The position numbers and the translations under genes are program-made. Positions 58,875-64,000 of a DNA stretch of 64,000 bases are shown here, in pieces (the first letter of the stretch is position 1; each line of letters starts with the position of its first letter). Location of the stretch: positions 864,001 to 928,000 of the forward strand of contig CAWKNZ010000002.1 of assembly GCA_963851265.1 (NCBI GenBank), written 5' to 3'. The notes beneath the pieces were generated by a model. That model did no database searches. It worked only from the letters and a program-made list of their open reading frames with translations, and was not told the DNA's origin. Origin of the DNA: an uncultured Gemmatimonadales bacterium (GTDB lineage: Bacteria > Gemmatimonadota > Gemmatimonadetes > Gemmatimonadales > Gemmatimonadaceae).

Positions 58875-60590
58875 GTGTCAGTCGTCAACCTGCCCGAATC
58901 GCCCGCCGCGCTCACCGACGCGACCTGGGACGACGTCGCCCCGCTGTACGCCGCGCTCGCCGAGGCGCCGTTGACGACCGACACGGTCGAGGCGTGGCTC
59001 GCCGAATGGTCCGCGGTCGAATCGATCGTCGGCGAGGCCGGCACGCTCGCGATGATCGCGTACACCGGCGACACCGCCGATCCCGCGAAGGAGGCGGCGT
59101 ACCTGCGCTTCTCGACCGAGATCTTCCCGAAGGTCGACGAGGCCGGAGTCGGGCTCGCGCGCCGACTCCTCGCGCTCGGCTGGTCGCGCCCGGACCTCGA
59201 CACCACGCTCCGGAGGTTCCGCACGGACGCGGAGATCTTCCGTGAGGAGAACGTGCCGCTCTTCGCCGAGATCGAGGAGCTGTCGGCGCAGTACCAGAAG
59301 CTGACTGGGAATCTGGGCGCCGACTGGGACGGGGTGCGCAAGACGATCCCGCAGCTGCAGCCCTACCTTCGGTCGGCGGATCGGGCGGTGCGCGAGCGCG
59401 CGTTCCGGCTCGGGGCCGACGCGTATGCGAGCGAGCGCGACGCGATGGCGCAACTGTTCGACGCGATGTACGAAAAGCGCGTGCGCGTCGCGCGGAACGC
59501 CGGGTTCGGCGATTATCAGCAATACGCGTTCGCCGCGAAGCACCGGTTCGACTACACGCCCGACGACGTCGCGCGCTTTCACGACGCCGTGGAGGCGACG
59601 GTCGTCCCCGCCGTCGAGCGACTGATGGCCTACCGGCGCGAGGCGCTCGGCGTCGACACGCTGCGGCCGTGGGATCTGGCCGTCGACCTCCACCGCGACC
59701 GGCCGCTCGTACCGTTCACGTCCGTCGACGAGTTCGTCGGAGGCGCCCGGCGCGTGTTCGCGGGCGTCGACGCCGCGCTCGGCGCGCAGTTCGACACGAT
59801 GGCGAGCGAGGGGCTGCTCGACCTCGAGAGCCGCGCGGGGAAAGCGCCGGGCGGGTATTGCACCAAGCTGCCGTGGCGCGGCCGGCCGTTCATCTTCATG
59901 AATGCCGTGGGCGTGCCCGACGACGTGAACACGCTCGTGCACGAGGCCGGGCACTGCTTCCACGACTTCGCCGCACACGCGCTGCCGCTCGTCTGGCAGC
60001 GCTCGACGGGACACGAGGCGGCGGAGCTGGCGTCGATGAGCATGGAGCTGCTCGCCGCGCCGTACCTCGCCAAGCCGGCCGGATACTACGAGCCGGCCGA
60101 CGCCGACGCCGCGATGCTCGAGCACCTCGTGGACGTGCTCACGACGCTGCCGCACGTGGCGAGCGTGGACGCGTTCCAGCGGTGGATCTACACCGACCCG
60201 GACGGCGCCGACGCGTCGGCGCGCGACGCGGCCTGGCTCCGCATCCGCGCGCGCTTCGACCGGGGCGTCGACTGGTCGGGGCTCGCGCGCGAGCGGGTCG
60301 CGCGCTGGTACCGTCAGCTGCACATCTTCGAGCTGCCGTTCTACTACATCGAGTACGGCATCGCGCAGCTCGGCGCGCTGCAGGTGTGGCGCGGCGCCCT
60401 CGACGACCAGGCGGACGCGGTGGCGCGGTACCGCGGCGCGCTGTCGTTGGGCGGCACGCGGCCGCTTCCGGAGATCTACGCTGCGGCAGGGGCGAAACTC
60501 GTCTTCGACGCGCCGACGATGCGCGAGTTGGTGGCGCTCGTCGAGACGCACATCGACCGGCTGCAGTCGCGCCTCGCGACGGCGCGCTAG
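58875..60590 (+). CDS. M3 family oligoendopeptidase (PepF-like)
   Basis: GKAPGGYC; PFIFMN; HEAGH; EAAELASMSMEL; PFYYIEYGIAQLGALQVW. Confidence 0.94.
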   Translation: MSVVNLPESPAALTDATWDDVAPLYAALAEAPLTTDTVEAWLAEWSAVESIVGEAGTLAMIAYTGDTADPAKEAAYLRFSTEIFPKVDEAGVGLARRLLALGWSRPDLDTTLRRFRTDAEIFREENVPLFAEIEELSAQYQKLTGNLGADWDGVRKTIPQLQPYLRSADRAVRERAFRLGADAYASERDAMAQLFDAMYEKRVRVARNAGFGDYQQYAFAAKHRFDYTPDDVARFHDAVEATVVPAVERLMAYRREALGVDTLRPWDLAVDLHRDRPLVPFTSVDEFVGGARRVFAGVDAALGAQFDTMASEGLLDLESRAGKAPGGYCTKLPWRGRPFIFMNAVGVPDDVNTLVHEAGHCFHDFAAHALPLVWQRSTGHEAAELASMSMELLAAPYLAKPAGYYEPADADAAMLEHLVDVLTTLPHVASVDAFQRWIYTDPDGADASARDAAWLRIRARFDRGVDWSGLARERVARWYRQLHIFELPFYYIEYGIAQLGALQVWRGALDDQADAVARYRGALSLGGTRPLPEIYAAAGAKLVFDAPTMRELVALVETHIDRLQSRLATAR

Positions 60591-60614
60591 CCCGCACCTC
60601 CGAGGAATACACGC

Positions 60615-60815
60615 ATGGCGGAGATCCAGTTCGAGCGGCGCGGGCGGCCGCTCTGGCTCGCGGTGTTGGTCGTACTCGTCGTCGGCGGCGGCGGGTACTA
60701 CGAGTGGACGTCGTGCGCGACGCTCCAGCACCAGCGCACCCTCGCACCGTCCAACACGCCGGCAACCGCGCCCGCGGCGGCACCCGGCGCTGCGCCCGCG
60801 GCCCGATCGCCGTAG
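60615..60815 (+). CDS. Small single-TM hypothetical protein
   Basis: GAGG RBS; one hydrophobic helix; fills the gap in an apparent operon. Confidence 0.55.
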   Translation: MAEIQFERRGRPLWLAVLVVLVVGGGGYYEWTSCATLQHQRTLAPSNTPATAPAAAPGAAPAARSP

Positions 60816-60829
60816 TCGCCGCGAGCGTC

Positions 60830-61762
60830 ATGGCGGCGAACGCAGCCACTCGGCGCCCGGCGTCGGCCGGAGCGCCGCCGACGGGTGCGGCGACCGGACT
60901 CGGCGCGGACGGGTGGGCGGCGGGCGACGGCGTTCGTCTGCACTACGTCTCGCGCGGCGACGGCCCGCTCGTGCTGTTGCTGCACGGGTTCCCCGATTTC
61001 TGGTACGGGTGGCGACACCAACTGGCGCCGCTGGCCCGGTCGGGTTTCCGGGCGGTGGCCGTGGACCTCCGCGGGTACAACCTGAGTCAGCGCCCGGCGC
61101 GGGTCGCGGCGTACGTCCTCGACCGCCTCGCCGGCGACGTCGTCGGGCTCGCTGTCGCGTTAGGCGGCGGCCGCGCGCACGTGGTCGGGCACGACTGGGG
61201 CGGGGCGATCGCGTGGCGCGTCGCGACGCGGCACCCCGACGTCGTGGACCGGCTGGCGATTCTCAACGCGCCGCACCCGCGCCGGTTCGCGGAGCTGTTG
61301 CAGACGCCCGCCCAGGCGCTGCGGTCGTGGTATGCCGGCGCGGTGCAGGTGCCCGCCGTGCCGGAGCTGCTGCTGGCGGCACGCGGGCGCGCGCTGCTGC
61401 ACGCGACCTGGACGGCGATGCACCGCCGCCCCGGCGCGTTCACGGCCGAGGACCACGCGCGCTACGACGCCGCGTTCGCCTCGCCGGGCGCGCTGCGCGC
61501 CGCGCTGGCGTACTATCGCGCCGCGGCCCGACACGCGCGCGACACGCTCGGCCGCGACGTTTCAGCGCGCGACGACGTCGTGCGCGCGCCGACGTTGGTG
61601 GTCTGGGGCGACGAGGACCCGGCGCTCGTGCGCGCGAACGCCGAGGGGCTCGAGCGGTGGGTGCCCGATCTGCGGGTCGAGCGGGTGCCGGGCGCGGGAC
61701 ACTTCGTGCAGGCCGACGCGCCCGAGTCGGTTAACGACGCGCTCCGCCGATTCCTGAGCTGA
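60830..61762 (+). CDS. Alpha/beta hydrolase, epoxide-hydrolase-like
   Basis: LLHGFPDFWYGW; DLRGYNLS; GHDWGG; WGDEDPAL; GHFVQ. Confidence 0.92.
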   Translation: MAANAATRRPASAGAPPTGAATGLGADGWAAGDGVRLHYVSRGDGPLVLLLHGFPDFWYGWRHQLAPLARSGFRAVAVDLRGYNLSQRPARVAAYVLDRLAGDVVGLAVALGGGRAHVVGHDWGGAIAWRVATRHPDVVDRLAILNAPHPRRFAELLQTPAQALRSWYAGAVQVPAVPELLLAARGRALLHATWTAMHRRPGAFTAEDHARYDAAFASPGALRAALAYYRAAARHARDTLGRDVSARDDVVRAPTLVVWGDEDPALVRANAEGLERWVPDLRVERVPGAGHFVQADAPESVNDALRRFLS

Positions 61763-61803
61763 CTGCGCGTCGGGCGGACGGCGCGACTGGGATCGCGTAG
61801 TCG

Positions 61804-62388
61804 TTAGGCGCGTGGCGTCGCGCGTCCTACCGCGCGCGCCGGCGCCGCCATCCGCGTCACGCCGCCCGACACGAGGAAGGCCATCACGTCCGCGCTCTCG
61901 GCGGCGACCGGGCGCACGCGCTCCGCGGGGAAGAGCACGACGTGCCCGGCCACGCTGTACGACATCGGCAGGTAGACGGCGACGCGGCCGGGGAGGCCGA
62001 GGTGGTCGAGCGCGGTCTGGGTCACGAAGCCGAGCGCCTCACCGCCCGCGTCGGGGTAGAGTGCGACGATCACGGGGCGGTCGAATCGGCGCTGCTCGCC
62101 GACGAAGGCGTTGAGCAGGTCCTTGGTCGAGCCGTAGAGCAGGCGGACGAGCGGCAGGCGCGTGAGCACACGCTCGATCAGGCCGAGTACCGCGCGTGCG
62201 ATGAACGTCGAGGCGAGGAAGCCGACGACGACGACGACCGCGATCGTGATGACGAAACCCGCGCCCGGGACGCTGAGCCCGAGCCACGAGTCGACCGCGG
62301 AAAAGAGCCGCCAGCAGACGTAGAGGGTGACCGCGAGCGGCGCGATCACGGCCACGCCGCGAAGAAAGTAGTTGAGCAGGGCGCGCAT
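61804..62388 (-). CDS. DUF502 domain membrane protein
   Basis: YFLRGV..APLAVT; RLPLVRLLYGSTKDL; LGFVT; AVYLP; FLVSGG. Confidence 0.88.
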   Translation of the reverse strand: MRALLNYFLRGVAVIAPLAVTLYVCWRLFSAVDSWLGLSVPGAGFVITIAVVVVVGFLASTFIARAVLGLIERVLTRLPLVRLLYGSTKDLLNAFVGEQRRFDRPVIVALYPDAGGEALGFVTQTALDHLGLPGRVAVYLPMSYSVAGHVVLFPAERVRPVAAESADVMAFLVSGGVTRMAAPARAVGRATPRA

Positions 62389-62450
62389 CCCGGAACATAC
62401 GCGTCCCCGCTCGCCCTACGCGCGCGGCCCCGCGGACGTCGGCGTGTCGC

Positions 62451-63542
62451 TCACGCGCTCGCAGCGACGGCGCCGCTCATCTCCGCGACGAGCGGCATGA
62501 CCTGCTCCGAGAAGCGCTCCATCTCCTCGAGCTGCGGGCTGCACTGGATGAGGAGCAGGTCGACGCCGGCCTCCGACAGCGCCTGCACGCGGGCTGCGAC
62601 CTGCTCGGGCGTTCCGACGAGTCCCGTGCGCAGACCGCGGTTGGACACCGAGTAGTCTTCCAGCGAGAGCGCCGACTCGAGCTTCGTGTTGCCCACCCAG
62701 TCCTGATAGTTCTTGTAGCCCGGCGTGCCAGGGGCGACGTTCGTGATGCGCGCGATCTCTCGCTTCACGTCGGCGTCGCTGTCCCGCACGATGGTGTACG
62801 CGGCCACGCCGAACTGCATCGGGGCGAGGCCGTCGGGGCGACCCGTGCGCTCGACCGCCGCCTGCTCGCGGCGGCGCTGCATGTCGGTGACCTTCGGCGC
62901 GATCTGCTCGGGTCCGTCGCCGTGCATGACGAATGCGTCGCAGTCGCGACTGATGAGCGTCTTCGCGGCCTCGCTCTCGCCGCCCGCGTAGATCGTGGGG
63001 CGCGGGCGGCCGGGCAACGCGAGCGGCTTGGGCTCGAGCACCGTCTCGTCGACCTCGTAGTACTTGCCCTTGAACCGCACGCCCGTCTCGCGCCACGCCG
63101 CGTCGAGCACGTGCAGCCACTCGGCGGTGCGCGCGTACCGATCGTCGTGCGCGTCGAAGCGCACGCCGTACCGCCGCGCCTCGTCGGCCCACCACGACGA
63201 CACGACGTTGAGCGACAGCCGTCCGTTGCTGATGCGGTCGATGTTGGCGGCCTGCTTGGCGAGGATCGCCGGGTTGTGGAAGGTGGGGCGTACCGCGACC
63301 ATGAGCTCGAGCCGCTCCGTGACCGCGGCAAGCGCCGCCGCCGTCGTCCACGCGTCGAGCGACGGCGCGTCGATCCCCTTGATGTCGTTCAGGAACAGCT
63401 CGGCGACGAGCGTGAGGTCGAACCCGATCGCCTCGCTGCGCTGGGCGAGGCGCTTGGCGTAGGCCCACGACGTCTCCATCGCTTCGTCGGGAACGTTGCG
63501 CAGCCAGCCGCCGAACACGGGGAGCCAGTAGCCGTAGCGCAT
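62451..63542 (-). CDS. LLM-class flavin-dependent monooxygenase (SsuD/SfnG-like)
   Basis: MRYGYWLPVFGGW; LELMVAVRP; SNGRLSLNVVSSW; HDDRYAR; YAGGES; LVGTPEQVA. Confidence 0.9.
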   Translation of the reverse strand: MRYGYWLPVFGGWLRNVPDEAMETSWAYAKRLAQRSEAIGFDLTLVAELFLNDIKGIDAPSLDAWTTAAALAAVTERLELMVAVRPTFHNPAILAKQAANIDRISNGRLSLNVVSSWWADEARRYGVRFDAHDDRYARTAEWLHVLDAAWRETGVRFKGKYYEVDETVLEPKPLALPGRPRPTIYAGGESEAAKTLISRDCDAFVMHGDGPEQIAPKVTDMQRRREQAAVERTGRPDGLAPMQFGVAAYTIVRDSDADVKREIARITNVAPGTPGYKNYQDWVGNTKLESALSLEDYSVSNRGLRTGLVGTPEQVAARVQALSEAGVDLLLIQCSPQLEEMERFSEQVMPLVAEMSGAVAASA

Positions 63543-64000
63543 CACGCGGCCCCGGCGTGCACGAGTCCGGCGCGCTCCTCGAGATAGTCGGCGAGGCGCG
63601 CGAACGGGTCGAAGCCGACCACCCGCGGCGCGTCGGCGACGAAGTTGGAGAGCGCGTTGACGTCGTAGTAGTAGACCTTGCCGTCGCGGTCGTCGACGAG
63701 GTACTCGACGCCGCCGACGTCGATCCCCGCCGCCTGCACGATCGCCTCGACCGCCGCGATCACGTCGGCGGGCGGCGTGGAGCCCTCGACGCGCATCCCG
63801 TTCTTCGGCGCGTCGAGCGCGCACGCGGCGCGCGACAGTTCCGCGCCGCCGGTGGTCTGGCACGCGTCGGCCGGGCACAGGTTGAAGTCGCCCGCGGGGT
63901 ACACGTTGATCGCGTACAGGAACTTGCCGCCCAACGTCTCGACGCGCGTGATGCGGCCGTCGCGCAGCGGGGCGCGCTCCTGGACCAGAGCGGTGCCGTC
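63542..64000 (-). CDS. ATP-grasp (RimK-like) protein, C-terminal part (5' end outside the window)
   Basis: TALVQE...ITRVE..GGKFLYA; IDVGGVEY; YYDVNALSNF. Confidence 0.75.
   Translation of the reverse strand, partial: DGTALVQERAPLRDGRITRVETLGGKFLYAINVYPAGDFNLCPADACQTTGGAELSRAACALDAPKNGMRVEGSTPPADVIAAVEAIVQAAGIDVGGVEYLVDDRDGKVYYYDVNALSNFVADAPRVVGFDPFARLADYLEERAGLVHAGAA

Overview
Very GC-rich (roughly 75%, by eye) bacterial chromosomal window. The gene repertoire (Ser/Thr kinase-TPR proteins, PEP-CTERM proteins, TPR/HD-GYP proteins) suggests Gemmatimonadota; this is inference only. Contents in order: the 3' end of efp; eight tRNAs with two clear sigma70 promoters; copZ-like gene and hemQ/chdC; tRNA-Pro; an accessory block (Ser/Thr kinase, lipoproteins, sialidase-like propeller, PAS histidine kinase, frameshifted PAS-GGDEF-EAL gene, MCP); quinone oxidoreductase; GH9 plus an unclassified GH-A-like enzyme; M13 peptidase; an imuA-imuB-dnaE2 cassette with a candidate SOS box; an Ig-repeat lipoprotein; an orphan GvpU-like gene; two paralogous PEP-CTERM genes; an alpha-oxoamine synthase preceded by a 47-codon small ORF; SDR and MarR; a giant TPR-HD-GYP-GGDEF-STAND-TPR gene; a hemY-A-E-H-C-D-B-L operon; M3 peptidase, alpha/beta hydrolase, DUF502, LLM monooxygenase and a partial ATP-grasp gene. 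The most interesting signals: (1) a non-palindromic heptamer GTTAGGC found 19 times, often inside genes where it uses the rare TTA codon; (2) a possible signalling module (small peptide, alpha-oxoamine synthase, giant STAND/c-di-GMP protein) linked by a shared 18-bp upstream palindrome; (3) a candidate LexA box inside the imuA promoter; (4) a Firmicute-type coproporphyrin-dependent heme pathway in a probable diderm. No integrase, IS element, rRNA or CRISPR array was seen. All family calls rest on motif recognition; no searches were run.
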